NCBI GenBank assembly: GCA_012960975.1
Contig: DUAE01000059.1
Span: forward strand, 69,760 to 133,759
DNA: 64,000 bases
Direction of reading: 5' to 3'
From: Candidatus Poseidoniales archaeon
Lineage (GTDB): Archaea > Thermoplasmatota > Poseidoniia > Poseidoniales > Thalassarchaeaceae
Positions 26,505 through 36,787 of the stretch are shown one piece after another. Each line of letters begins with the position of its first letter. The stretch's first letter is position 1. The notes beneath the pieces are model-generated. The model searched no databases. It was not told the DNA's origin and worked only from the letters and a program-made list of their open reading frames with translations. The position numbers and the translations under genes are program-made.

Positions 26505-27086
26505 TCAAGCGTCTCTAAACTTATTCCAGAGTTTCTTCAAAGGAAACGCCATTTCTCCGGCTCCAACTAAGAGCAAAAATGAAACTAAGCCGAGCATAAT
26601 TTCGATAATAGGATTAAAACTCACCTCGGTTGAAATATAGGTCAATTGATCGTCAAGATCTGTTCCTTCTCGCCCCCCACTAACAAATCTATAATCTTCG
26701 GTGCCCATGTCCCATGTGAATTTTCCATCCGTAATACTATCTCCACCAGCGACGAAAGTGAAATCCTCGGCTGTACAATCGGTTAATCCATTATCATGAG
26801 GCGGGCAATTTACTGCAGAGGACGAGGGTACTACTCCAATCCATGATTCCTCATATTTCTCCCATTCAAAAGTCAATTGAATATCTAGTAATATGAAAAT
26901 CATCGGTGGTTGAATTTCAGGTGTCATACCGACTAAGCAACCGTCTAGATCATCATCCAGACAAGGGACCATAGGGACAGTCGATCGCTCTTCACCCAAT
27001 CCAACTCCAACTAAACTACCGAGTAGGAGAATAACACAAATAATTCCAACAATTCCTGGTAGAACCGAAAGTAGTCTGACCATCAT
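26505..27086 (-). CDS. Hypothetical bitopic membrane protein (N- and C-terminal TM helices, Cys-containing ectodomain)
   Basis: The N-terminal MMVRLLSVLPGIVGIICVILLLGSLVGV is signal-anchor-like. A C-terminal TM helix is also present. The track start at 27095 is GTG, so the ATG at 27086 is used. Confidence 0.5.
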   Translation of the reverse strand: MMVRLLSVLPGIVGIICVILLLGSLVGVGLGEERSTVPMVPCLDDDLDGCLVGMTPEIQPPMIFILLDIQLTFEWEKYEESWIGVVPSSSAVNCPPHDNGLTDCTAEDFTFVAGGDSITDGKFTWDMGTEDYRFVSGGREGTDLDDQLTYISTEVSFNPIIEIMLGLVSFLLLVGAGEMAFPLKKLWNKFRDA

Positions 27087-27114
27087 CCAAATCACATCCA
27101 GAGGTTGTTACGGT

Positions 27115-27432
27115 TCAACCTGACGCTCCTGCTAGTTGAATCATGAATAGAAGAATAGCGATTCCAGGGAATAAATACATCATTATTGTCAGGCGTTTTC
27201 TTGATGATTCTTTTTTCGTTTGACTCTCTACACAATCGTTATTCGCACAAACTGCGGGTTCACTTTTGATTGGAATAGGTGCCCAACAGATTACACAATG
27301 TCTGTGGGATTCTATATTCATGCCTTGAATTATTCGTTGATATTTTTGACGATCTTTAGCATTCGCAGCGGCTTCTCTCGCTTGATTGGCAGTTCTGGTT
27401 GCCATCTTTGAGTACCTGTCAGCCTTACTCAT
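27115..27432 (-). CDS. Hypothetical tail-anchored zinc-ribbon protein
   Basis: The putative zinc ribbon is HRHCVICW...CANNDC. The C-terminal TM helix is MMYLFPGIAILLFMIQLAG. Its ATG at 27432 shares a base with the pyrH stop (TGATG). Confidence 0.5.
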   Translation of the reverse strand: MSKADRYSKMATRTANQAREAAANAKDRQKYQRIIQGMNIESHRHCVICWAPIPIKSEPAVCANNDCVESQTKKESSRKRLTIMMYLFPGIAILLFMIQLAGASG

Positions 27433-28142
27433 CACACTCTCTCCGTAAAAATTATCGTGCCTTGAAAATCATTTCCCTCAAGTGCTGCCTTGATTAAATT
27501 GGTTTCACGGCCATCGAGAATATTTAGGGCCATGTTTGCTCGATTAGCCTCTCCAACACCTACCGGACCCACTACTGATGACCTCCCTGCTATGGTATGC
27601 TTGTCCGGGCCAACGATATCTTGCAATTCATCGTGCGTTAATTTATCAAATGCATTTGCATTTGGGTTGTTTCTTGGATCCTCTGAGTAAACTTTTGCGA
27701 CATTCGTCGCGATAATGCATCGATTCGCACTAGCAGCGATGGCAAATCTAATCGCGACTGCATCGGTAGTGTGGCCGGGAGTGGTCCCCCCCATCACGAC
27801 AACTGGACGAGATTCGAGAAGTTGAACGGCTTCATCGACTCTTCGGGGGATTGTTCCTGATACGGAAACTCCGGCATCGGAGAGTACTTCGCGGACAATT
27901 GTTGCATTCAATCGAGTCGCTGCAATTCCAATTTTGTCGAGGTGATGTACATCATCAATCAATGGTCGGGCTAGGTCAATTCCTTCTCTAGCAGGAGCAC
28001 CGCCGCCGATAACCAAGCCAATCCTATCACCAGCAGAAACCCTATCGCGAATAATGATGATTAGTTCCTCTAACCAAGTGTGGCGATTATCGACTTCTGG
28101 GCGAAGTAAACTGCCACCAAGGGCGATGACTATGCAGACCAT
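27432..28142 (-). CDS. pyrH: UMP kinase, archaeal type
   Basis: It belongs to the amino-acid-kinase family, with VIALGGSLL, VIGGGAPAR, the MGGTTPGHTTDAVA motif and ATNVAKVYSEDP. The start is set at MVCIVIALGGS (28142). Confidence 0.85.
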   Translation of the reverse strand: MVCIVIALGGSLLRPEVDNRHTWLEELIIIIRDRVSAGDRIGLVIGGGAPAREGIDLARPLIDDVHHLDKIGIAATRLNATIVREVLSDAGVSVSGTIPRRVDEAVQLLESRPVVVMGGTTPGHTTDAVAIRFAIAASANRCIIATNVAKVYSEDPRNNPNANAFDKLTHDELQDIVGPDKHTIAGRSSVVGPVGVGEANRANMALNILDGRETNLIKAALEGNDFQGTIIFTERV

Positions 28143-28241
28143 CGAACACTGGGCGTGCCTACTACCTATCAATGCCTACGCTATGTCTGGGATGAAGGGT
28201 TGAAATGCCGTATTCAATGGCAATTAGCAGGAGGGTACAGT

Positions 28242-29489
28242 ATGTCTGATGACTTGGAGGTTCAGCAGCGTAAATTACGTATGAGGAAGATACTCGAAGA
28301 GGTTCGGAATATGCGTGGTATGGGTACCGAATTAGTAACTGTAATTATTCCTCCTGAGAGAATGATACATGATGTGCGCCAGCAATTATCTCAAGAGGCT
28401 GGTCAGGCCGCTAATATCAAATCGAAATCTACTAAAAAACATGTGACTGATGCAATTGAATCAGCGATTTCAACACTAAATCGATACAAAACTCCGGGTG
28501 ATCGAGGCATTGCACTTTTCGTAGGTCATGTGATTGTTGGAAATAACAAAACCCGCTTGGTTAGTATCGTTGTCGATGATCCACCTGAGCCGTTCACATC
28601 ATTCCGATACCGATGTGATTCTACCTTTGAAGCCAGCCAGCTTGAAGATATGCTAATCGATAGAACAGCATATGGTCTATTCGTAATAGACCGTTCCGAG
28701 TCAACATACGGGCTGGCTTCTGGCAAACGTCTGCATTGTCAAGAACACATTACGTCCCAAGTTCCTTCAAAGCACGGCAGAGGTGGTCAGTCAGCTCAAA
28801 GATTTGAGCGGCTAATTGAAGAAGCAGCTCATAATTTCTTCAAAAAATCTGCAGAGCGTGCCTGTGCATATTGGTTGCCGATGATTGAGGATCTGAAAGG
28901 AATCATCATCGGTGGTCCCGGTGCGACAAAGGATTTCGTAGTGAAAAATGATTATTTTCACCATGAAATTCGTAAACTAATTCGTGAGCCACATTTCGAT
29001 GTAGGTTATTCAAATGATTCTGGGTTGCGAGAATTAGTTCAACGAGCGGGTGGATTAATGGACCAGATTGAACTCGATGCCGAGCGCAATTTAGTTGATG
29101 GTTTCCTTAGAGAAGTAATGCAAGCACATCCCAAAGCAACTTATGGCGAAATGATGGTACGAGCTGCGCTTGATCAAGGAGCGGTTGCAACGCTTCTTCT
29201 TTCTGAAGGACTCAATAAGCGGCGTGTGACATGGGGTTGTCGACGTTGTTCCCATAGTTGGGAAACCACACAGAACAAGCGTACGGAAATTCCAAGTTGT
29301 CCCGAATGTGGAACTGATGATATTCGTGAAAACCCCGAGAAAACCCTGGATTTAATTGATGAATTGAGTACTTTAGCTGGCCATACTTCTGCGAAAGTAA
29401 TACTAATTTCTCTCGATACTGAAGAAGGTGATACGCTTTATGGCTCCTTCGGCGGAATCGCTGCTATGTTGAGATATGCATGGACTTGA
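28242..29489 (+). CDS. prf1: Peptide chain release factor aRF1
   Basis: The NIKS motif (AANIKSKS), the GGQ motif (HGRGGQSAQRF) and an inserted C-terminal zinc ribbon (CRRCSH...CPECG) are present. The ATG at 28242 follows a GGAGGG SD. The track ORF starts earlier and would overlap pyrH. Confidence 0.9.
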   Translation: MSDDLEVQQRKLRMRKILEEVRNMRGMGTELVTVIIPPERMIHDVRQQLSQEAGQAANIKSKSTKKHVTDAIESAISTLNRYKTPGDRGIALFVGHVIVGNNKTRLVSIVVDDPPEPFTSFRYRCDSTFEASQLEDMLIDRTAYGLFVIDRSESTYGLASGKRLHCQEHITSQVPSKHGRGGQSAQRFERLIEEAAHNFFKKSAERACAYWLPMIEDLKGIIIGGPGATKDFVVKNDYFHHEIRKLIREPHFDVGYSNDSGLRELVQRAGGLMDQIELDAERNLVDGFLREVMQAHPKATYGEMMVRAALDQGAVATLLLSEGLNKRRVTWGCRRCSHSWETTQNKRTEIPSCPECGTDDIRENPEKTLDLIDELSTLAGHTSAKVILISLDTEEGDTLYGSFGGIAAMLRYAWT

Positions 29490-29498
29490 GGTAGTGGT

Positions 29499-31226
29499 AT
29501 GAGAGACATTGTCACATCAATCCGTCAAAATTTGGCTGAAGTTATGGATGATTTGGGCATCGACAAATCGGATTGGTCCCCTCTTCTCACCCTAGCTACG
29601 GACACCACTCACGGTGATGTGGCCATGCCATGCCATTCACTTGCAAGAGTTCTGAAAAAATCCCCGGTCGCCATCGCCGAAGAAATTTCAGTTTCCTGCC
29701 GTGACAAGATTTCATCGATTGCTGAAGTTGATTCGATAAACGGATTTCTCAATTTTACCGCCACTCAAAATTGGCTAGAAAATGCAGTTGCCAATGTCGC
29801 ATCAGATGACAAATTCGGAGTCAACATCGAAAAACAACGAATCATCGTCATAGATTATTCTTCACCTAACGTTGCTAAAACAATGCATGTAGGACATCTC
29901 CGATCAACTGTCATCGGTGATGCTCTAAATCGAATGTTAACTTACAAAGGCCATCATGTAGTTCCCGAAAACCACATCGGAGATTGGGGGACGCCGTTCG
30001 GAATGCTTATCGAGCATTATCTCGAATTGGAATCGGTTGCTGTCGAAGATATTGATCTCGAGTCATTTTACAAGCAAGCCCGCTTAAAATTTGACGAGGA
30101 TCAAGATTTTGCTAAAAAATCAAGAAATCGTGTTGTTAAATTACAATCCGGTGATGAATATACGCTAGAATTATGGCAACAACTCGTAGATATTTCACTA
30201 GTCCATTTCAACGATGTATACCAAAAATTAGGCGTTTTGCTAACCGATCAAGATTTGGCAGGTGAATCGAAGTACGAAATACTTCTTCCTGAAGTTGTTG
30301 CTCGTCTCGAGCAAGCAAATTTACTAGAGTTTAGTCAAGGTGCGGAAGTTGTTTTCCCAGAGGGTTGGGTGAATCGTGAAGGTGAGCCTTTACCTCTGAT
30401 TATTCGTAAAGGAGATGGCGGCTTTAATTATGCTACAACTGATTTGGCCTGTATAATTGACCGTGTCGAAAATATTGGTAGTTCAGAGTTCCTTTATGTC
30501 GTTGGTCAGGAGCAGAAGCAGCATTTTGCTATGGTTTTCGAAGTGGCTAGAAACGCTGGATTCATGGACGAATCAGTTCGGGCAGTACACATTCCATTTG
30601 GTATGGTACTTGGCACCGATGGGAAAAAATTAGCTAGCCGAGGCGGTCTTGCTATCAGTTTGAAAGATTTACTCGATGAGGCTGTTTTGCGTGCTGATGC
30701 TGTAATTGCTGAGAAAAATCAAGAATTAACTGAATCAGAGCGTGCCAAGATTGCTAGAATGATTGGAATCGGCGCGGTTAAATATTCAGATTTATCTTCA
30801 GATAGAACCAAAGATTACACCTTTGATTGGGATGAAATGCTATCTTTTGAAGGAAATACTTCTCCATATTTGCAATATGCTCACGCGAGAATTTGTTCAA
30901 TTTTCAAGAAATCAGGAATTAAAAGAGAATCAACTCGAGAATCTGTAATCAATCTAGTTGAGCCGAGCGAACTTGCACTCGGTCGAAGCATCATTGGGTT
31001 TGCAGAAGCACTCGATGATTCATGTGAGAAATACCTTCCACATAGATTGGCGACTTACCTTCATTCACTCGCTCAATCTTTCGCAGCATTTTACGAAAAT
31101 TGCCATGTGTTAATTGCTGAAGAAGAATCAGTAAAACTCAGTCGATTGGCTCTCTGCGATTTAACAGCTAGAATTCTCAATACTGGTCTCGAACTATTGG
31201 GAATAGAATCGCCAGAGCAAATGTAA
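29499..31226 (+). CDS. argS: Arginyl-tRNA synthetase
   Basis: The HIGH-type motif is SSPNVAKTMHVGHLRS. The anticodon-binding DALR domain is at the C-terminus. Length is 575 aa. Confidence 0.9.
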   Translation: MRDIVTSIRQNLAEVMDDLGIDKSDWSPLLTLATDTTHGDVAMPCHSLARVLKKSPVAIAEEISVSCRDKISSIAEVDSINGFLNFTATQNWLENAVANVASDDKFGVNIEKQRIIVIDYSSPNVAKTMHVGHLRSTVIGDALNRMLTYKGHHVVPENHIGDWGTPFGMLIEHYLELESVAVEDIDLESFYKQARLKFDEDQDFAKKSRNRVVKLQSGDEYTLELWQQLVDISLVHFNDVYQKLGVLLTDQDLAGESKYEILLPEVVARLEQANLLEFSQGAEVVFPEGWVNREGEPLPLIIRKGDGGFNYATTDLACIIDRVENIGSSEFLYVVGQEQKQHFAMVFEVARNAGFMDESVRAVHIPFGMVLGTDGKKLASRGGLAISLKDLLDEAVLRADAVIAEKNQELTESERAKIARMIGIGAVKYSDLSSDRTKDYTFDWDEMLSFEGNTSPYLQYAHARICSIFKKSGIKRESTRESVINLVEPSELALGRSIIGFAEALDDSCEKYLPHRLATYLHSLAQSFAAFYENCHVLIAEEESVKLSRLALCDLTARILNTGLELLGIESPEQM

Positions 31227-31238
31227 ATTTAGTCAAAA

Positions 31239-32837
31239 TTATTTCTCGCCCCAAGCGAGATATCTGACAAGACTGCCATAAATAATTCCGGAAACTGCTA
31301 GGCTTTCTTCATTGAATCTATCCATGCCATCGAGATATGTGTGGTACTCAGCGGAACCTGATCCATAACATACAACAGCTCTTCCGTAGTCCTTTCCATC
31401 GGCTTCCTGTGGGTCGATTTCATAAACGAAAGGCGCATGATCAGAATTGTATGGCATATCATCGCTGGACAATTTATTAATCCTTATTTCATAAGAATTT
31501 GCCAGTTCTTGATTTTCTCGTTTGAAAACTTTAGTTATCCCTGATATTAACTCAACATCTGCCTTCGAATTTCCAAATAAAGTAACTCCATCATTTCTTT
31601 CTGAATCGACATGATTCATATCTAAATTAACATATAATCGTAAATTTTCATGTAACCTGCTCTGATGTTTTGAAACCCATTCTGATGAGCCAAATAGCCC
31701 TTCTTCTTCGCCACCCCAAGTACAGAAGTAAATTGTATGCGTGGGTTTACCAAGTTCTCTTTCCATTAGCCCGAATTGTCTTGCAATTTCCATTACGGTA
31801 GATGTCCCTGATGTATCGTCAACCGCTCCCGGTCCATTGTAAACCGTATCATGATGTGCACCAATGATGATTAGCGATTCTGACTTTCCTTCGATAATTC
31901 CACATGGAACATATATCGTCGCTTCACCAGTATTGACAACATCGGTGAAAAATGATATCCTCGCTTCACCATTAACCAATTCATTGACAAGAGTTTGACC
32001 TACCGATTTCGAGACCATGATGAATCCGAGATTTTCTGGAATTTGAGATAGTGATGAAATCGAAACTGATTTGAAATATGGTACACAATCATCAGAGACA
32101 AGTTCATCACAGTTTTGACGTTCATTGATAAGTATTAATCCCTCTAGTCCGGCCATCCCTGCTCGTTCAAATAACACTGTATTTGATTCAGTCTCCGATA
32201 CCATATGAACTAGGGCGACAGCGCCGTTAACTGATTCCCAATCTGCTTCTTCACTACCATTACCTAAATCATAAACATCCATATTTTCTTGGTATCGGAT
32301 ATTCGTTGAGCCGGAATAACCTTGCAAAACGAAATCTTCACGGTGTGTAAATTCAGTTTCGTCACGATTGAAATCTGCACTCGAGCAAGGTGCCCCACCT
32401 GGAATGAAGCCAATTGTGCCAGGTGTACAAATCGATAATCGTGGAGTATCACCGATTACGAACATCGGGACATCAAATTCTTCCAGGGTCGTATCTAACC
32501 CCATTTTCGAGAAATTTTCTCGGATGAATTCCGCAGTTGCAGTTTCTTGAGCGGTTCCAGACATTCGACCAGTCCACTCTGGGTGCCCGAGATCTACTAA
32601 GGATTGGGCATACCCTCTCGCTTCTCCCGAATCGAACTCAATTAATTTGTAATCTGGTTCTCCTTTTATCCATCTTGAGATTTCATCCGCATAAAGTACA
32701 GTTCCTGCCGTACTCGCGAGGAGTAATAATACAGTTACTGCGAGTACGGGAACAGGCAATGAAAAAATCTGAGAAATAATCGTTTGAAATTTTAAATTTT
32801 CAGTAGTTTCCTCAGCTCGATTTTCATTATCGGTCAT
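31239..32837 (-). CDS. Membrane-anchored M28-family aminopeptidase with PA domain
   Basis: It has an N-terminal TM anchor and the M28 metal and catalytic motifs GAHHDTV, DDTSGTS and WGGEEEGLFGS. Length is 532 aa. Confidence 0.8.
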   Translation of the reverse strand: MTDNENRAEETTENLKFQTIISQIFSLPVPVLAVTVLLLLASTAGTVLYADEISRWIKGEPDYKLIEFDSGEARGYAQSLVDLGHPEWTGRMSGTAQETATAEFIRENFSKMGLDTTLEEFDVPMFVIGDTPRLSICTPGTIGFIPGGAPCSSADFNRDETEFTHREDFVLQGYSGSTNIRYQENMDVYDLGNGSEEADWESVNGAVALVHMVSETESNTVLFERAGMAGLEGLILINERQNCDELVSDDCVPYFKSVSISSLSQIPENLGFIMVSKSVGQTLVNELVNGEARISFFTDVVNTGEATIYVPCGIIEGKSESLIIIGAHHDTVYNGPGAVDDTSGTSTVMEIARQFGLMERELGKPTHTIYFCTWGGEEEGLFGSSEWVSKHQSRLHENLRLYVNLDMNHVDSERNDGVTLFGNSKADVELISGITKVFKRENQELANSYEIRINKLSSDDMPYNSDHAPFVYEIDPQEADGKDYGRAVVCYGSGSAEYHTYLDGMDRFNEESLAVSGIIYGSLVRYLAWGEK

Positions 32838-33406
32838 CAGATCTCATCCCCTGACCACCTTTTTCCAACAGTGTGTTCAACTCCCATTTGGTCGAGAATT
32901 CTCGCTACGACGAAATCGACAATCTCTTCAATCGTCGTTGGATTATGATAAAATCCTGGGCTTGCAGGTAGAATTACGACTCCCCACGCTGACATTTTTG
33001 CCATCGCTTCAAGATGCGGAGTGGCATAGGGTGTTTCGCGTGGAACTAGGATTAATTTTCTTCTTTCTTTCAACGCAACCAATGCACTCCGGGTAGCGAG
33101 GTTGTCCGAAATTCCAGCTGCAATTTTCCCTATTGTAGTGCCAGATGCAGGACAGACAACACAAGCATCGATTTTTGCTGAACCTGAAGCGGAGCGTGCC
33201 GCCAGATTATCATTTTCTTCTAGTGTAACACCTTCAATTTCACCTAAATCATCAGGTGTTAATTGGCATTCTAAGTCTAAATTTATTGCACCAGCTCCGG
33301 TAACAATAAGTCGTATTTGCCAACCAGCTTCAATTAATGTCTCGACTAGGCGGACACCATATCTGGCTCCGGATGCGCCGGTAATGGCAACGACAACTTC
33401 TGGCAT
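32837..33406 (-). CDS. ubiX: Flavin prenyltransferase UbiX/Pad1
   Basis: VVAITGASGARYGVRLVE is the UbiX N-terminal flavin-binding motif. The length is about 190 aa. The ATG is at 33406; the track start at 33421 is TTG. Confidence 0.85.
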   Translation of the reverse strand: MPEVVVAITGASGARYGVRLVETLIEAGWQIRLIVTGAGAINLDLECQLTPDDLGEIEGVTLEENDNLAARSASGSAKIDACVVCPASGTTIGKIAAGISDNLATRSALVALKERRKLILVPRETPYATPHLEAMAKMSAWGVVILPASPGFYHNPTTIEEIVDFVVARILDQMGVEHTVGKRWSGDEI

Positions 33407-33448
33407 GATGGTTCCTCTCAACAGGTGGACTTCAATGATTGTTATTGT

Positions 33449-34642
33449 TCAAAGGCTCTCTTTGAGTGCCTTAGCAAGATACTGATATTCCTCTTCTCCG
33501 TTATATAATGCGGCAGATAATCGGATGTAGCGAGTGTTATGATGAGGCCAATGCCAAACTGGAATTTGTATTCCGTAATCTTCAAACAATGATGTATGTA
33601 GAGGGTCGAATTGGAGATTTTCATCTTTCGTTTTCATCTTTGAACTAATTTCAGCTGCCGCCAAAGAAGTCACCATCGATTCTGGGATTGATGGCTCACT
33701 TCCAAGTGCCTCACACATCAATTTTCTACCATAGATTGCGAGTTTTTGATTTCTTTCAAGAATCTCTGGCCAACCTCCAGCGACTTTAGAGCCGAGTGAT
33801 TCGATGGCTTTTGGAATGCACAACCAAGGCGTAGGGTCTTGGGTTCCAGTCCAATCAAATTCGAACCTGAATTTTTCTTGAGCATTTAGGTCAGCCGAAT
33901 AACCGTGACTAATGTTTAGTGGTTTAATCAGTAATTTCCGGTCTTCTCTGATGTGTAAGAATGCTGAACCTTTCGGTGTACAGAGCCATTTGTGGCAATT
34001 TCCTGTCATGTATGCTACATCGAGTTTCTCGAGATTTAAGGGGACTATTCCTGGGCCGTGGGCTGCATCGAGGAGCACATCGACACCTCGGCCTTGAATT
34101 TCAGTTACTAGCCGCTCAAATGGCATTCTCATTCCAGTTGGGCTTGTGACAGTATCAATTAATGCTAATTTCGTTCGTTCGGTGATTGCTGTCAAAATCA
34201 ATTCAATTATTTGGTCATCTTCTTCGACAATGAATGGAATGTCGACGACGATAACTTTTGCACCCCATCGTTTCGCGGTGAATTCTATAGCATTCCAACA
34301 GGCTTGGTAGGCGTGATTTGGAACGATTATTTCGTCTCCTCGTTCGAATTTCAAACTTCGAAGGACTGAATTTACACCCGCAGTTGCATTGTTTTGAAAT
34401 GTCATCCCTTCTGGATTTGCGTTTATGAATCCTGATAGAGACTCGATGGCATCGTGCCATAATGGCAGACATTCATATTCAAAAAACCGAACTGGATCCT
34501 TTTCTATTTGCAATCGTAATTTTGATTGGTATTCTAAAACTTCAGTAGGACAGGCACCAAATGAACCGTGGTTTAGAAATGTGATATTAGGGTCAAGTCC
34601 CCAATATTTTGCATATTCACTTCTTCGTGGTCGGGTGCTCAA
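33449..34642 (-). CDS. Class V PLP-dependent aminotransferase (isopenicillin-N-epimerase / cysteine-desulfurase-like)
   Basis: The PLP-lysine context is GNCHKWLCTPKGSAFL. The N-terminus is LNHGSFG. The apparent start is TTG at 34642, 4 nt after the lipB stop. Confidence 0.7.
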   Translation of the reverse strand: MSTRPRRSEYAKYWGLDPNITFLNHGSFGACPTEVLEYQSKLRLQIEKDPVRFFEYECLPLWHDAIESLSGFINANPEGMTFQNNATAGVNSVLRSLKFERGDEIIVPNHAYQACWNAIEFTAKRWGAKVIVVDIPFIVEEDDQIIELILTAITERTKLALIDTVTSPTGMRMPFERLVTEIQGRGVDVLLDAAHGPGIVPLNLEKLDVAYMTGNCHKWLCTPKGSAFLHIREDRKLLIKPLNISHGYSADLNAQEKFRFEFDWTGTQDPTPWLCIPKAIESLGSKVAGGWPEILERNQKLAIYGRKLMCEALGSEPSIPESMVTSLAAAEISSKMKTKDENLQFDPLHTSLFEDYGIQIPVWHWPHHNTRYIRLSAALYNGEEEYQYLAKALKESL

Positions 34643-34646
34643 TTAG

Positions 34647-35330
34647 TCACATCCCTTGTATATTCAACTCAGCATTCCAATCTATCGGAATCATTGGGGA
34701 GCGATTGAGGTATTGCTCGCAGGTAACTAGTAAGGCCTCTTCGAGTCGAATGCGATCAATAATTCGACCTTCAAGGTCATGTGAATGGCCAAGCCGAGAA
34801 AGAGATGTTGTCATCCCTGTATTCAATCCGCAACATGGTAATGATTCGATTCGATTTGCAGGGATGTTGTAATTGATGGCAAAGCCGTGTCTGCTAACCC
34901 AGTGTTTGAACGCGAGTCCAATCGAGGCGACTTTGTATCCACCCAGCCAAACTCCCATCATCCTCTCATCGCGATAACCATCTATCCCACAATCTTCGAA
35001 TGCAGCCATCATCCAATTTTCGATTTTATTGATAATGCCTCGAACTGATTGCTCATCATTTTCCCATTTGATAATTGGGTAACCAACCAATTGTCCTTTG
35101 CCATGATAGGTCATTCCTCCCCCTCGGTCAACAACTGATGTGGGGTATCCATCTACATTCACACCATCTCTAATCGCTTTTGGGCCGATGGTGACTATCT
35201 CTGGGTGTTCGACGAGAATTAGTGTATCTGGAATCTCGTTGTCGATGCGTTGTTGTTGCATTCTTCGCATCGTTTCAGAAATGATTTCATGTTCCTCAAC
35301 ACCCGCTCTAAGTATTCTGAGTGGTCTCAT
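34647..35330 (-). CDS. lipB: Octanoyl/lipoyl transferase
   Basis: RGGGMTYHGKGQLVGYP is the LipB signature. ATG at 35330 is used; the track start at 35345 is TTG. Confidence 0.85.
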   Translation of the reverse strand: MRPLRILRAGVEEHEIISETMRRMQQQRIDNEIPDTLILVEHPEIVTIGPKAIRDGVNVDGYPTSVVDRGGGMTYHGKGQLVGYPIIKWENDEQSVRGIINKIENWMMAAFEDCGIDGYRDERMMGVWLGGYKVASIGLAFKHWVSRHGFAINYNIPANRIESLPCCGLNTGMTTSLSRLGHSHDLEGRIIDRIRLEEALLVTCEQYLNRSPMIPIDWNAELNIQGM

Positions 35331-35341
35331 AATAATCAGTC

Positions 35342-36778
35342 TCAAGATATGTGAATCGCATGTCCGAGCGTCCTCAGAACCCCTTCGTGGAAGGATTCAG
35401 TCATTGTTGGATGAGCGTGAACTGTGTCTGCAATATCTTCGAGCAGTGCACCCATTTCAAGAGCGAGAATGAATTCTCCATGGAGCTCAGCAATGTGGCT
35501 GCCAACGGCTTGTATGCCGAGGATTACATGATCAGATTTTCGCGCTGTGACACGAATGAACCCCATCGTTTTCTCGGCTTCAAGTGTTAATGCTCGGCCG
35601 TTTGCAGCGAGTGGAAACTTCCCAGTAATAATTTCTTCACCGGCCTCTTTGGCTTCATTTGGAGAAAGGCCAACCGAGACGATTTCTGGTTCTGTGAAAA
35701 TGATTGCAGGAATCGCTACTTTATCGAAGGACCGTTTTTCACCAGAAATAACTTCGGCGACCAATTCACCCTGGGCGCTCGCCTTGTGAGCGAGCATTGG
35801 GTCGCCAGCTACATCTCCAATTGCATAGATTCCAGGGACTGAGGTTTGACATTTATCATCGATTCTTATGAATCGGCCAGAGGAATCCATTCTGACACCC
35901 ATGTTTTCTAAACCCCAACCTTTGGTATTCGGGCGCCGACCCACGGTAACGAGTACCTTGTCGACAACTATCGTTTGTTCCTCATCGTTTTTCTCAAAGG
36001 TCATGTGTACTTTTCGAGATACGCCTTTGCCTTTCACAACGGCACCTTTCGCCATCGCTTGTGTGTGAACTACTACCTTGTGTTTCTTTAGCCAAATTTC
36101 CACAGGTCGACGAATTTCTTTGTCCATTATTGCTAGAATTGAATCCATGCCTTCGATTACAGTGACTTCAGATCCTAATCTTGATAGAGCACAACCTAAT
36201 TCTAAGCCGATATATCCACCGCCAATTACGGCAACTTTCTTAGGCAATTTCTGTAGGTCGAGAGCACCGGTTGATGAGATTATAAATTCCTCGTCGCAAG
36301 GCATGAATGGTAAGTCTATATGACTCGATCCAGTTGCGATAATGACGTTATCTGCATCGATTGTGATAGAGCCATCAGAGGTTTCAACGATGCATTGTTT
36401 TGCACTGGAAAATGTCGCCCAGCCTTTGATTAATTCAGCACCAGATGCTTTCAGAAGTGACTCAACACCTTTGTTCAAACGGTTGACTATAGAATCTTTC
36501 CAATCGACTAAAGCCGCCATGTCGATATCTGTATCTCCAGTTATTGAAATCCCCATGTGTCCAACTTCAGATGAATGCTTCCCAAGATTCTCAAAACGCT
36601 CTGCTGCATGTATAATGGCTTTACTCGGGATACACCCTCGGATAAGGCATGTTCCGCCGGTTTTATCAGATTCAACTATGATTGTATCCATACCTAATTG
36701 TGCTGCCCTAATTGCAGCAACATAGCCACCTGGGCCTGCCCCCACAACCAATACGCGACATTTTCTATTTGCTGACAT
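35342..36778 (-). CDS. lpd: Dihydrolipoamide dehydrogenase (E3)
   Basis: VVGAGPGGYVAA, the redox disulfide GGTCLIRGCIPSK and the C-terminal HAHPT motif are present. Confidence 0.95.
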   Translation of the reverse strand: MSANRKCRVLVVGAGPGGYVAAIRAAQLGMDTIIVESDKTGGTCLIRGCIPSKAIIHAAERFENLGKHSSEVGHMGISITGDTDIDMAALVDWKDSIVNRLNKGVESLLKASGAELIKGWATFSSAKQCIVETSDGSITIDADNVIIATGSSHIDLPFMPCDEEFIISSTGALDLQKLPKKVAVIGGGYIGLELGCALSRLGSEVTVIEGMDSILAIMDKEIRRPVEIWLKKHKVVVHTQAMAKGAVVKGKGVSRKVHMTFEKNDEEQTIVVDKVLVTVGRRPNTKGWGLENMGVRMDSSGRFIRIDDKCQTSVPGIYAIGDVAGDPMLAHKASAQGELVAEVISGEKRSFDKVAIPAIIFTEPEIVSVGLSPNEAKEAGEEIITGKFPLAANGRALTLEAEKTMGFIRVTARKSDHVILGIQAVGSHIAELHGEFILALEMGALLEDIADTVHAHPTMTESFHEGVLRTLGHAIHIS

Positions 36779-36787
36779 ATTATCACC

